64,000 bases of DNA from a virus (lineage: Duplodnaviria; Heunggongvirae; Uroviricota; Caudoviricetes): IMG/VR virus record IMGVR_UViG_2740892119_000002; one strand, given 5' to 3'. Below the pieces are notes generated by a model, which worked only from the letters and a program-made list of their open reading frames with translations, was not told where the DNA came from and searched no databases. The number at the start of each line of letters is the position of its first letter. Position 1 is the first letter of the stretch. The position numbers and the translations under genes are program-made. Shown here piece after piece: positions 33,857 to 43,392 of the stretch.

Positions 33857-34246
33857 TTAAATAACCGGACAATCATCAAATTCCCCACTTCGGGCATCAT
33901 TGATGACATGAGTGATTACACCAAAAACAGCATTACTGCCCGTGTATCCATCGTCATCTACTGGTAACGCCTCTTTCTTCCCGGTGCTTAAATCCTCCAG
34001 GTGCTGGCGCGGATACTTCCTGTATCTCTTTATGCGATATTCACCCTCCATAGCGCACACAAGCAGAGAACCATCAACCGGAGTAAGCGAGGAATCAACC
34101 ACCAGCAAAGCACCCTGCAATATTCCCTCACGGTGATGGCTATCAGCTGCCCGCATGAAGTAGGTCGCTGAAGGATGTCTAATTATCTGCTGATCAAGAG
34201 AAATTCGGCTTTCAACATAATCCGCCGCAGGAGAAGGGAAGCCCAT
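33857..34246 (-). CDS. humD: HumD (UmuD-like SOS mutagenesis protein)
   Basis: 129 aa, S24 LexA/UmuD-like C-terminal domain; LexA box upstream. Confidence 0.8.
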   Translation of the reverse strand: MGFPSPAADYVESRISLDQQIIRHPSATYFMRAADSHHREGILQGALLVVDSSLTPVDGSLLVCAMEGEYRIKRYRKYPRQHLEDLSTGKKEALPVDDDGYTGSNAVFGVITHVINDARSGEFDDCPVI

Positions 34247-34264
34247 AGCGTTTTACCTCAATGA

Positions 34265-34284
34265 TACTGTTTATTCATACAGTA
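34265..34284. promoter_or_regulatory. LexA (SOS) box
   Basis: TACTGTTTATTCATACAGTA (CTGT-N8-ACAG), 19 bp upstream of the humD start. Confidence 0.8.
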
Positions 34285-34369
34285 TACATTGAAAAGGCAT
34301 AGTTTGTGAAAGCGGGGTTTGTAGGCGCGCCACGCTGGGGGCTAATCACATTTCTCCCCCATCTTGCCG

Positions 34370-34621
34370 TTATTTTTTTGGTGCATCCTCGTTCTGATAC
34401 ACCGGATCGCTCCCTTTTGGCAACTGGAGGCTTAACTGCCGATAGTGCCGTAACCGTTCCATGAAATAGGTGCGCAGATTCTCTGGTTGCTCGCGGGCTA
34501 CCTGTTCAGCTATGACAGGTATGTTCAATCGCTCTTTGTACGCCACACCGCTGGCAGCCAGATCAACGTTAACCTTATCCCGTTCTTCCTGACTTTTAGC
34601 TGCAATATTCCAATCGTGCAT
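34370..34621 (-). CDS. hot: Hot (DNA polymerase III theta subunit homolog)
   Basis: [36 protein letters not shown] resembles HolE; start set at the internal ATG. Confidence 0.8.
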   Translation of the reverse strand: MHDWNIAAKSQEERDKVNVDLAASGVAYKERLNIPVIAEQVAREQPENLRTYFMERLRHYRQLSLQLPKGSDPVYQNEDAPKK

Positions 34622-35282
34622 ATCAAATCCCATCCAGAACAATTGCGTAACGACTATTATTTAACCAGCAAAGTAACTTTTAATTTTTTTTCTTTTCCCA
34701 TTGATTTTTGTGCACAGCTTATCTGCCTTGCCGTGCGCAGAATCAACTTTTTTCTTCCTGATTTATCCACAAAGTTATGCACTTGCAAGAGGGCCATTTT
34801 CTAAATATTGTGATGTTTCACAAATGAAATGAATTTTGATTAATGAAGATAAGGAGAAAATTTGAGATGCAATCATGACGTTAATAGATAGGGTCTGCAT
34901 TACAGACCCCATCCGCATCAAGGAATTAGCCGTTCCCTGATGTTGTTCCGAAAACATGTGCCGTAAGCTCACGTTAACGACTTTCTTTCACCGAATCCAA
35001 CTATATAGGGGTTGGGTTTCTACGTCAACGTGAGCAAGTGCTCCTTTACATTTGACAAGGAACCACCTTAATGACTGCTTTTTTTCAGTTCCTGAGTGCA
35101 TTTTTAGATGCGCCTGTTATTAGCCAGATTCTGGCGATCATCCTCATCATCGTTTTGATTTTGCTTTTAAGGTCAGTAAAAAATGGAATTATGCACTGGC
35201 TTACTTAATGTTCAGTGAAACATTAAAATCTCCTTGATGTGGAAACAATCATTTTCTGTATGTGCTGGTGGGTACCTGTAGT

Positions 35283-35645
35283 TCAGCTTTCGTTGGCATT
35301 TAACTTCGTCTTTGCTTTCTCCACCAGCAACTTCCAGATGCCTATTTCATTAGCAGCCGCCTTGATGGCGGCATAAAAAGCATCTTGCTGATCGTAACGC
35401 TGAATCTGTTTTTTCAGTTTTGCCTCCACCAATTTAATTTCATTACGTGCTTTCTGAAGCCGCAGCGCCGCCCGGTTACGTCTGTTCTTGTATAGCGCGT
35501 TAATCTCTGATAATTGCTTTAATTTACCAGCCTGACTGCGGATTATCGCCTCTCTGACTTCTGCCGTGCGTCTCATCTGATCTCTTAAGAGTTCACCGTT
35601 TTCGATAATTCTTTCAAGGTGTTTGATGTGATCTGCAACTCTCAT
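35283..35645 (-). CDS. Hypothetical coiled-coil protein
   Basis: 120 aa; ATGA coupling with the upstream gene. Confidence 0.5.
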   Translation of the reverse strand: MRVADHIKHLERIIENGELLRDQMRRTAEVREAIIRSQAGKLKQLSEINALYKNRRNRAALRLQKARNEIKLVEAKLKKQIQRYDQQDAFYAAIKAAANEIGIWKLLVEKAKTKLNANES

Positions 35646-36574
35646 ACTTCACCCTCGCTTGTATCGCCAGCATCCACCAGCGGCAATAAAGCCCTGGCCA
35701 TCTTATGAACCAATAGTGCATCAATAATGCCAAGCGTATGCCCCGGCTTAATGTTTAATGCCGCCTCAAGGTGACACCTTTCCAGGCCACTTTTCTCGGC
35801 TTGTTTATGATGATCTGGTGTAATAACGTCGCCCAAAACACGGCTAATTCTTTCTCGTAATTGCTGGGTGCCAGCACACTTGATCGCTGTATCGTGGAGA
35901 CGGTTAACCAGTTCGCGATAAACATGCGGCTTAATTCGGATACGTTCACCGGTGACGCCCTTTCCTGGTGCTGGCACCGAACTATCCGGAATATCCGGAT
36001 AGTTGCCAGCCTCGTAAGCTACCCGCAGCCAGTGCATGAATGTTTCAGTGGACACACAACCACAGTCCACATCGATTTTCCCGCGTTGCTGTTCCAGCCA
36101 TTGCCCAAAATCCAACCTGTAAGTCTTACTTTCAAGTTCATCACCATTGAACTCGACTTTCTGCGACGCTATGAGAGCTGATTCGTATTGTTCGCGAGTG
36201 ACAACTGACTGGTATTCATCGCTATCAAGGTCACCAATTGGAAGCTCAATCTCACAACAAAAATTGCGCCCAAAGAAAGTGTCTTTTTTGTGGTCTGAGC
36301 CAAAAGCAAAAGTCGCGCATGGTGCCATTAAATTGACACTGGGTAGGTAACAATAACTCATTCCATCAGGCCACCCACCGCACTTAGGCAGTTCCTTCAC
36401 TAACAAGTCGATAAACTTCATTTTTTTATCATCTTTGCAAGCCGCCAAAGCCATTTGGGCAAGTGCCAATACTTCATCTGCCGTATATCCAGCACCGTGA
36501 CCATACATTTCGATACGGGAAATAATCTCTGATATACGCTCTTCAGTGATTCTGGTCATTTCTTTTTGCGCCAT
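35642..36574 (-). CDS. Hypothetical protein
   Basis: 310 aa ORF with ATG start. Confidence 0.55.
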   Translation of the reverse strand: MAQKEMTRITEERISEIISRIEMYGHGAGYTADEVLALAQMALAACKDDKKMKFIDLLVKELPKCGGWPDGMSYCYLPSVNLMAPCATFAFGSDHKKDTFFGRNFCCEIELPIGDLDSDEYQSVVTREQYESALIASQKVEFNGDELESKTYRLDFGQWLEQQRGKIDVDCGCVSTETFMHWLRVAYEAGNYPDIPDSSVPAPGKGVTGERIRIKPHVYRELVNRLHDTAIKCAGTQQLRERISRVLGDVITPDHHKQAEKSGLERCHLEAALNIKPGHTLGIIDALLVHKMARALLPLVDAGDTSEGEV

Positions 36575-36930
36575 TTCTTTTCACATTCCTTAGTCCATTT
36601 TTCAATGTTCATTTTGGCAATATCAGTCATTCCATCACCTAAGAAATACTTTCTCCGGTACGTCTTGCACTTAAACCACACTACAACAGCCACCAGCCAG
36701 AAAATAAAAGGCCATACAGCAATACCAACTCCAGCCGCGATAAAGCCCAATAGCCATAAATGAAGCTCTCCAACTTCTGTTTGCGGCAATATTCTTAAAG
36801 AATTAAGCAGCAGACTGAAGGAATAGTCGTATGCATTGGCGGTATAAGACATGCAATCCATATAATTAAAGTCATAGCCTGCGGCTGCCGCCCATAATGG
36901 GCGGTCAAGAAAATGTTTTAGTGTCATCAT
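36556..36930 (-). CDS. Hypothetical membrane protein
   Basis: 124 aa; hydrophobic LWLLGFIAAGVGIAVWPFIFWLVAVVVWF; basic C-terminus. Confidence 0.55.
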   Translation of the reverse strand: MMTLKHFLDRPLWAAAAGYDFNYMDCMSYTANAYDYSFSLLLNSLRILPQTEVGELHLWLLGFIAAGVGIAVWPFIFWLVAVVVWFKCKTYRRKYFLGDGMTDIAKMNIEKWTKECEKKWRKKK

Positions 36931-36936
36931 ATAAAT

Positions 36937-37230
36937 TTAAGGTTCAGACCAGTTATCTTCAATAGCAATGCTTAATCTTTGTAGCCATTCTGCTAATTTC
37001 AGCATTGCTTCTCTTTCGCTTAAACCACGAGGAAAATCATCAAGCGAAATTGTTGGCTTGAAGCCCCCGTAATTATCTATTTCAACAGTCAGATTTTGCT
37101 CCAGCACGGTATTCCTTACGCGGCTATTGTGCCGAAGCAAATATACTGAACGTGATTTATTGGTTTTATGGTCAAACTGATATTCGGTAAGTATCATCTG
37201 GCTTTTGCCATGACTATTACCTCTCCACAT
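36937..37230 (-). CDS. Hypothetical protein
   Basis: Start placed at the ATG after GAGGT; the track's TTG-initiated N-terminus overlaps an upstream micro-ORF. Confidence 0.5.
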   Translation of the reverse strand: MWRGNSHGKSQMILTEYQFDHKTNKSRSVYLLRHNSRVRNTVLEQNLTVEIDNYGGFKPTISLDDFPRGLSEREAMLKLAEWLQRLSIAIEDNWSEP

Positions 37231-37237
37231 ACTTACC

Positions 37238-37360
37238 TCACTTAATAAAACAACTCCATGCGTAGTTGATGATTTTTTCCCACGTAATATAAATCTGCAC
37301 TCCGGCAGTAAAACCAAAGCCAACAATTGCTGAAAAAATCAAAACATTTACTTTTGACAT
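37238..37360 (-). CDS. Micro-ORF, 40-aa hydrophobic peptide
   Basis: MSKVNVLIFSAIVGFGFTAGVQIYITWEKIINYAWSCFIK; GAGAG SD; stop abuts the next gene's SD. Confidence 0.4.
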   Translation of the reverse strand: MSKVNVLIFSAIVGFGFTAGVQIYITWEKIINYAWSCFIK

Positions 37361-37408
37361 TATAAATTTTCTCTCGGTGTCGTAGGTGATAGCACCATAA
37401 TTGATAAT

Positions 37409-37642
37409 TTAGTGAGTTAGCAGTTCCATTTTTTGGATGATTTCCGCATGAGCATCATCGTTATCAACACTTAACTCGTTTAATGCCTCTCGCACTACAT
37501 CAACTTCTTCTGGTTGGAAGAAGTCATCTCGGTAGTCACCAAATAGAACCGAAACAAGCCTGCCACCAGCAACATCAAGATTGGCGCTAACAGGTGGCTC
37601 TTTGCCATCCTCAAATTCGACTACAAAAGTTATTTTTCCCAT
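37409..37642 (-). CDS. Hypothetical acidic protein
   Basis: Start at the ATG (MGKITFVVEF...) after GGTGG; track start is a TTG. Confidence 0.5.
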   Translation of the reverse strand: MGKITFVVEFEDGKEPPVSANLDVAGGRLVSVLFGDYRDDFFQPEEVDVVREALNELSVDNDDAHAEIIQKMELLTH

Positions 37643-37644
37643 CG

Positions 37645-37728
37645 TTACCACCAGCGACAAATTGAATACAAACCCAGTGCTGCCGCCATCACAATTCCTA
37701 CCGTGGTGAATGCTTCAGGCCAGCTCAT
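37645..37728 (-). CDS. Micro-ORF, 27-aa hydrophobic peptide
   Basis: MSWPEAFTTVGIVMAAALGLYSICRWW; AGGAGGT 7 nt upstream; ATGA overlap with the upstream gene. Confidence 0.45.
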   Translation of the reverse strand: MSWPEAFTTVGIVMAAALGLYSICRWW

Positions 37729-38612
37729 TGATTCACCTCCTGCGGCGGTTCTGGTAGCGGCATCCAGAACAAGGCGTTCCCTAACCACGATAAAGTGCCG
37801 TCGCTCAACTCCACGTATTCCCCTTGCACCTGGCCTGCCATATACTCGCCGTGCTTTGAATAAATTAAAATCCAATCATCTTGAGCGGGCATTCGCTCAC
37901 TACAGCTTATCCAACTATCCGGAGTTACCGGAGAGTTGCCAGCCAGTCTACGCAAAACAGCCTTAACAGCCTCAATACGGTCATCATCGCAATTTTCCAG
38001 CGTATCTATGCGGTCGAGCATGATGATGGCGTTATCAATATCAGGATTGCCAGTCCACTCATTACCGCGATTGGATTCGGCAGCCTGGTTGCCAGATGCT
38101 GGCTGATTGTCGGCTTGGCTATAGCTAACAGCACGGCAGGCATCCTCTACGTTCTTCACTGCATCTGCGCAGTAGTTATAGCGATTGCATTCCACTAACT
38201 TCTGCTTGAGATTTTCAATTGCTTGCGCGACATCAGCCTGTATTGGCGGAACGGCTGTTTGCTCTCGAACGTCATTAGTCGCTATCGGTTCTGCTGCCAA
38301 CTGACTGGCATATTTGTTAATGGTAACGATAAGCTCTTGCTCGGCCTCATCCAGACAATCACCGATACCTCGCCTGTCACCGTCAAAATCATCGAAATCG
38401 GCACGAATCCTGGCAACCTCCCGGATTGCGGACAACACTTCACCAGGAATAAGCGGAGAGTTGCCCGATAGTACATTCTGCTCCAGCGATGCCAGAGCAA
38501 TTCGTGCCAGTTCTTCCGCTTCTTCTGCTGGCAGTACAACGTTGCTACCAGGTCCGTATGTTTCGCGCCACTGCTTGATTGTCAGTAGTCGCTCTTTGGT
38601 TATAGTGGTCAT
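37725..38612 (-). CDS. DUF551-like domain protein
   Basis: C-terminal DSWISCSERMPAQDDWILIYSKHGEY...WMPLPEPP pattern typical of DUF551 (recalled). Confidence 0.55.
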   Translation of the reverse strand: MTTITKERLLTIKQWRETYGPGSNVVLPAEEAEELARIALASLEQNVLSGNSPLIPGEVLSAIREVARIRADFDDFDGDRRGIGDCLDEAEQELIVTINKYASQLAAEPIATNDVREQTAVPPIQADVAQAIENLKQKLVECNRYNYCADAVKNVEDACRAVSYSQADNQPASGNQAAESNRGNEWTGNPDIDNAIIMLDRIDTLENCDDDRIEAVKAVLRRLAGNSPVTPDSWISCSERMPAQDDWILIYSKHGEYMAGQVQGEYVELSDGTLSWLGNALFWMPLPEPPQEVNQ

Positions 38613-38818
38613 TTGTTAACCCTCAAAACTTTATGCCCGGGCGCAAAAGCACGCGTTTTGTCTTTGCTTATTCGCCAGCCATCCTTGCGCGCCTCTTTTG
38701 CACAGCCAGCCCATGACGTACCTATATACTCACCGAAGTCTGGCACTGGATATACACCTTCCGTGCACTGACGGCAGTCACAATAGAGATGCATTGTGTA
38801 ACTTGCGGCAATAGCCAT
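38609..38818 (-). CDS. Small Cys-rich protein
   Basis: 69 aa; ATG; coupled to neighbours. Confidence 0.5.
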   Translation of the reverse strand: MAIAASYTMHLYCDCRQCTEGVYPVPDFGEYIGTSWAGCAKEARKDGWRISKDKTRAFAPGHKVLRVNK

Positions 38819-38819
38819 A

Positions 38820-39284
38820 TCACCCTCCTTTACCCTGAAGCATGGCGTCGCTCCGCTCTATACCATCCAGCGCGATTCGCAGTGCCTGAATTGTGGTAGT
38901 GCTATCGTTTGGGGCTATTCCATATCGCTCGAATACAGCTAAATGGTTGCGCATAATCTCAGGCGTAAGCTCTTTGTAAGCATAAGCAAGAGGCTCTGAT
39001 GCATTATCCGGCACAACCGACGCAGGCGCGGCAGCATAAACAGGAATAACGTCCGCTTGCTCTTTATTGCTTTCATCCGTTAAAGCCCAGAATAATTTCC
39101 CGGCCGGATGTTTGAAAATATAAGCAACTGGTTCTGCACTATCAGCTTCGCGCCGCTTCTGTAGCTCTGCTGCCATTGCTCTCACGACTTCAACTGGTGC
39201 CCTTGCGGCAAACTCTATGTTGGTGATCAGCTCATTAAGATATTGCTCGCTGGGATACTGTTTCTTATTGGTAATAGTGGTCAT
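38820..39284 (-). CDS. Hypothetical protein
   Basis: 154 aa; N-terminus MTTITNKK parallels that of the 37725..38612 protein. Confidence 0.55.
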   Translation of the reverse strand: MTTITNKKQYPSEQYLNELITNIEFAARAPVEVVRAMAAELQKRREADSAEPVAYIFKHPAGKLFWALTDESNKEQADVIPVYAAAPASVVPDNASEPLAYAYKELTPEIMRNHLAVFERYGIAPNDSTTTIQALRIALDGIERSDAMLQGKGG

Positions 39285-39796
39285 GCCGCGTTTCCTTCTT
39301 TCTTATTAACAATTACACCGTCATATATTTCATTAAGGTGCCCTCTCAACTCCATGCGCCTTAATGCAGATAACATGTAATCGCATTCAACCTGCTTATT
39401 TCCAGTAAATGGCTTATCGTCAGGATTACCCCAACAGCAATTACCCTTGGGCCACCCATGTACTTTCCGTACTCTTCCGTTAACAACGTGAAGTAATCCC
39501 CAGCCAGGTGGTAAATCCTCAATTGAAATAATTCCCGGCTCACTAATAAAGAATCGCCAGTCGCCCATTCCAAGAGACGGATTTTTACGAAAACGCTTTT
39601 TTCTATCTGCCAACAAGTCAGCACGAGAACACTTCGCCTCTATCAGGCATGATGCTGAATTTCTGAATCCCATAGCATCTGGCTGTTCTCCGGTACTGGT
39701 TACAGCTATAAAGCGGTCATGAAAACAAACCTTGAACCCGTTGCGCTTAAGGAACTTGTACGCAATCTGACAGAGTTCGCGGTGTGTTAACGCCAT
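39281..39796 (-). CDS. Hypothetical protein, possible PD-(D/E)xK nuclease fold
   Basis: Start at the ATG after AAGGAG; D..(13)..EAK motif (PDAMGF...CLIEAK). Confidence 0.45.
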   Translation of the reverse strand: MALTHRELCQIAYKFLKRNGFKVCFHDRFIAVTSTGEQPDAMGFRNSASCLIEAKCSRADLLADRKKRFRKNPSLGMGDWRFFISEPGIISIEDLPPGWGLLHVVNGRVRKVHGWPKGNCCWGNPDDKPFTGNKQVECDYMLSALRRMELRGHLNEIYDGVIVNKKEGNAA

Positions 39797-39797
39797 A

Positions 39798-39986
39798 TCA
39801 CTCTCCTTTAGTGCGCAAGTGGTTTTTCCAGCGGTTTTGCGCCGCGCTGGGCTTTTTGCAAAAACCACAATCCATCATCCCGTAATATTTCATCAACCCC
39901 ATCCGTCGGTTGCTGAGTCTCACCCACTGCCAGACGCCAGGAGCGTTTCTACGAACTAACAGAATCTTTGCTTTACGGTTTTTCAT
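39798..39986 (-). CDS. Small basic protein
   Basis: 62 aa; AGGAGA SD 8 nt upstream of the ATG. Confidence 0.45.
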   Translation of the reverse strand: MKNRKAKILLVRRNAPGVWQWVRLSNRRMGLMKYYGMMDCGFCKKPSAAQNRWKNHLRTKGE

Positions 39987-40158
39987 CGCTTTGCTCTCCT
40001 GCGTCTCTTTGCTGCTCGTCGTGCCGCTGCAATACCGGTATGGCGGCGCTTTGGTGCCGGGATGATGTTGTCAGCCATCAGGACATGTGGCTTTGCAATT
40101 AGCGCAGAAGCCCAAAAACGAGTCGGGTACGGTAACAAGCCGATACATGCCACACGCA

Positions 40159-40947
40159 TTACTCACCTCCTTTGATGCGAATGCCTGCGGCGCGGATTGC
40201 AGCGATGACTTCAGAAACTTTGTATGCCATTACCGTTTGGTAATCATCGTGAAAATCTGTTCGATGAAGCATGCTGCTACGTTCCGGGAGCGATATTTCC
40301 CGAGCATCCAGTTCCTTAACGCGTTCCTCCAGTTCGTAGACCCTGCATTGTTCTCTATCATCAATCAGATATAACCCAAGACATTCGCTTTCTACCCAAC
40401 CGCCAAAATCATGATCGTAACGCTCACATGAAAACTCACCGTCACCGTCCTTTGTTGGAATGGTGTAACTATCTAATGGGCCACCATATGTCGGCACATT
40501 TCCCAATGTTGGATGCTCAATCCACATGAAAAATGCACGTCCGGTTATTGGGCAAATATCTGGCCGCCATTGGTTACGAACAGCCTTGGTTTCGGATAAT
40601 TCTTCAGCGTGTTGTTTTACTTCCTCAAGCTCAACTCTCAGCTTCCCTACCGTTAGCGCAATATCCTCGTTCTCCTGATCGCGGCGTTTTATGTATTGCT
40701 GGTTTCTTTCCCGTTCATCCAGTAGTGCCAAAGCAACCTTTGGGTTGAACGCGGCAACATAACGAGCGTTGTTCTCTGCATTTTTCTGTCCATCAAAGCC
40801 GGTCCATTTGATAACGTCTTCACATCGTTCATCACCGGGCGTGTGCACCGCATAAGTACCAGTATCCGTCGAAATAAATGCGACCCATTCGTCTGGTGTT
40901 GCCTTTTCTGCTATCTCACGCAGCGCCTGATAGTCAATCTTGCTCAC
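40159..40947 (-). CDS. Hypothetical protein, paralog A (shared N-terminal domain)
   Basis: 262 aa; GTG after AAGGAGG; N-terminal ~70 aa nearly identical to the next gene. Confidence 0.6.
   Translation of the reverse strand: MSKIDYQALREIAEKATPDEWVAFISTDTGTYAVHTPGDERCEDVIKWTGFDGQKNAENNARYVAAFNPKVALALLDERERNQQYIKRRDQENEDIALTVGKLRVELEEVKQHAEELSETKAVRNQWRPDICPITGRAFFMWIEHPTLGNVPTYGGPLDSYTIPTKDGDGEFSCERYDHDFGGWVESECLGLYLIDDREQCRVYELEERVKELDAREISLPERSSMLHRTDFHDDYQTVMAYKVSEVIAAIRAAGIRIKGGE
40745..40942. repeat. Direct repeat copy 1 (~200 bp)
   Basis: About 90% identical to 41461..41662; encodes the shared N-terminal domain. Confidence 0.7.
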
Positions 40948-41678
40948 TGGTCGCCTCCTTTGCGAAGCTGTTCAGCAATACTTACGCATATCTCTGCGCC
41001 TCTAATCAGCCCCGGAACGTTCTTGTTTGGCCCCACTTCACCATCAACAAAATCAATCATCGCGTTACGAGCCATATCTACCCCCTGCGCCCGCACTTCA
41101 GCCAGGCATTTGCGAAACTCGGAAACGTACTGTTCGACGCTCATTCCCCAGCTAAGTGGACATTCATTGAATGTTTCGCCTTCGTGCTCTTCATCAGGTA
41201 GCTCTTTGGTAAAGAACTCACGCTCAATGGCGTGGAGTGTGTCAGCAAAACGACGTAAGTTACTCAAACCTACCGTAATGGAGAATTCAGGAGCATCACA
41301 TCCGACGCCCATCTGCTGATAAACGGCGGTTTTGAAGGCCTTAAGCCCCGCATTCTCCGCCACCAGCGCCGCGAGATTAGTCTCAAGCTCTGCAATTCGA
41401 CACATAGCATCAATATTTGTGTCCTCCAGGCGCTTAATTTCACCAAGCAGCTCCAGTGCAACCTTTGGGTTGAACGCGGCAACATAACGAGCGTTATTCT
41501 CTGCGTTTTCCTGTCCATCAAAGCCGGGCCATTTGATAACGTCTCCACATCGTTTATCACCGGGTGTATGCACCGCATATGTACCAGTACCCGGCGAAAT
41601 AAATGCGACCCATTCGTCTGGTGTTGCCTTTTCTGCCGCCTCACGCAGTACCTGATAGTCAATTGTCATTCTCGCCAT
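40944..41678 (-). CDS. Hypothetical protein, paralog B
   Basis: 244 aa; MARMTIDYQVLREAAEKATPDEWVAFIS... Confidence 0.6.
   Translation of the reverse strand: MARMTIDYQVLREAAEKATPDEWVAFISPGTGTYAVHTPGDKRCGDVIKWPGFDGQENAENNARYVAAFNPKVALELLGEIKRLEDTNIDAMCRIAELETNLAALVAENAGLKAFKTAVYQQMGVGCDAPEFSITVGLSNLRRFADTLHAIEREFFTKELPDEEHEGETFNECPLSWGMSVEQYVSEFRKCLAEVRAQGVDMARNAMIDFVDGEVGPNKNVPGLIRGAEICVSIAEQLRKGGDQ
41461..41662. repeat. Direct repeat copy 2 (~200 bp)
   Basis: Pairs with 40745..40942. Confidence 0.7.
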
Positions 41679-42310
41679 CCTTCACAGTTGTAATCACGAC
41701 AGCCTTCAAAATCATATGGGCTGTACTGCCAGGTGATTTTTCCGCAATGCGGACAATTCCAACGCACCTTCCCGCTTCGCGACTTCTTTCTTCTGTTCTG
41801 CTTTTTCAACCAGTCAGGCATGACCAAACCTGCGCCCTGAACCATTGTTCTGCGGTTAAATTTATTGATATTGAACGTCCGGCGCTTTGCTGCATCAGCA
41901 ATGGAAAATGGCAACCAAACTATTCCTGGTTCGTTTTTGTTGGCGACGCTAAAGATGGTCGCTTTACTGAAGTCATCTGTTGGCAATCCACCGTGTTGAA
42001 GCCAGTAAACATCGTTGCCGTTCCAGCTACCTTTTTTGTAGGCCACATACGCAGTGCAATCTGACTCAATCAGGCTTTCTGTAGGGATGTACTGGCAATC
42101 AACGTGCCACACTGCCATTGCATCCACGCTATCCGCGCAAACAGGCTGATCGATATCTCGCCCACAATTCCAGGCTTTTTGGGCTTCTTCCAGCGTGTAA
42201 ACATGAGCGCGATCGATATCAGAACTGTAACCATTGCCGTTATGGCAATGGAATGAGGCGTTATTACCCACAGTTTCACGCAAGCACATCAGGTAAAAGC
42301 GGTTATTCAC
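41666..42310 (-). CDS. Hypothetical Cys-rich protein
   Basis: 214 aa; GTG after GGAGG; C-terminal CPHCG...C..C. Confidence 0.55.
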   Translation of the reverse strand: MNNRFYLMCLRETVGNNASFHCHNGNGYSSDIDRAHVYTLEEAQKAWNCGRDIDQPVCADSVDAMAVWHVDCQYIPTESLIESDCTAYVAYKKGSWNGNDVYWLQHGGLPTDDFSKATIFSVANKNEPGIVWLPFSIADAAKRRTFNINKFNRRTMVQGAGLVMPDWLKKQNRRKKSRSGKVRWNCPHCGKITWQYSPYDFEGCRDYNCEGWRE

Positions 42311-42587
42311 TGGTTGCCTCCGCTTCCCACGTTTTCAGACTTTCACCACAGAACGGGCAAAATGAAACTCGAATAGGCGATTTAGAAAATTCACCAGACC
42401 GCAGCATGATCAGGTCTTGTGAATGAATTAATGCATGGTTATAGATTTTGTATTTCAGCAGACCTTTTCGCGTCGTGTATTCAGCGTCATGCTCCAGGGA
42501 TTGCGTCAACGCCGCGCACGGTTCTATCTTGTTGCCATTAATTTGGCATTTTGACTCACTCACTGGTTGCCCCCTGAATACGCTCAA
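42303..42587 (-). CDS. Small zinc-ribbon-like protein
   Basis: 94 aa; CPFCG motif; start uncertain (TTG, no clear SD). Confidence 0.4.
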   Translation of the reverse strand: MSVFRGQPVSESKCQINGNKIEPCAALTQSLEHDAEYTTRKGLLKYKIYNHALIHSQDLIMLRSGEFSKSPIRVSFCPFCGESLKTWEAEATSE

Positions 42588-43296
42588 ACTCGATTACCCA
42601 CACCCAGGGATTAGCGTTCCAGCATTCTTCACCATAGATGGATTCCCACAGGCGCTGGAACGCAACCTTGGCCATTGCGAAATCTCCCTTGGGAGTTAGG
42701 AATGTTCCCGGGTGATCAGGAAGCAAACTTCCAGCAGGCTGAACGCCCTCATCCCTTGCATCGCATTCGCTGATATCGTTCAACCGCTCAACGCGCACGT
42801 TGGTAATTTCCAACAGGATGCGTGATGCCCATCGCGGCATGTGAATTGATGGACGCCACCCACCATCAAACTTTTCATTCACAGTGTGAGGTTTCCAGTC
42901 GGCATCATCGGGTATCGACCATAAACCGTAATCACCAGGTTTTTGCTCACAACTGGCCCGATAAATCCTTGCTGCGTTCTTCTCATCGCCACGACAAAGG
43001 TTGTCGTTCCAGTCCACACTGCAACCATCTTCATTGCCTAATATCGCCCATGTTTCACGAACCCAAATTCGATCGCCGACGATACCAAAGGGGCAATTGA
43101 AAACACTGCTTACACCATCAGCCCCGTACCACTGAAAACCTGCACCAATTTCCCTAACCATCACTGGTGCTTCTGGACCAACTTCCGCAGGCTGATTTTT
43201 CATTATCCGCCGCGTCTGCGTTTTCCTTCCTTCGAGGATGGCTCGGACCATCTCATCGTTGAAAATCATGCCGCGCTCTTTCACTTCGCCTTTCAT
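42556..43296 (-). CDS. ASCH-like domain protein
   Basis: MVRAILEGRKTQTRR resembles the ASCH signature; AAGGGGG SD. Confidence 0.5.
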   Translation of the reverse strand: MKGEVKERGMIFNDEMVRAILEGRKTQTRRIMKNQPAEVGPEAPVMVREIGAGFQWYGADGVSSVFNCPFGIVGDRIWVRETWAILGNEDGCSVDWNDNLCRGDEKNAARIYRASCEQKPGDYGLWSIPDDADWKPHTVNEKFDGGWRPSIHMPRWASRILLEITNVRVERLNDISECDARDEGVQPAGSLLPDHPGTFLTPKGDFAMAKVAFQRLWESIYGEECWNANPWVWVIEFERIQGATSE

Positions 43297-43305
43297 GCAT
43301 CCCCC

Positions 43306-43392
43306 TTACCCATGCGCGACGATGCCGCCAAAAGTGATAGAGAACAGCCAGAAATAAATCGCGGCCATAATGATTTTGAATGCCGTGTTCAT
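43306..43392 (-). CDS. Micro-ORF, 28-aa hydrophobic peptide
   Basis: MNTAFKIIMAAIYFWLFSITFGGIVAHG; AGGAG 8 nt upstream; first ORF after the operator. Confidence 0.4.
   Translation of the reverse strand: MNTAFKIIMAAIYFWLFSITFGGIVAHG

Noticed and set aside
35071-35106. Possible type I toxin-like small ORF after a TTGACA and AGGAA
   Set aside because: On careful reading the ATG frame hits TAG after 11 codons; the longer hydrophobic frame has no ATG and no SD.
39798-39868. Track N-terminal extension of the 39281..39868 ORF
   Set aside because: It starts at a GTG, overlaps the upstream 62-aa gene, and a strong AAGGAG-ATG start exists at 39796.
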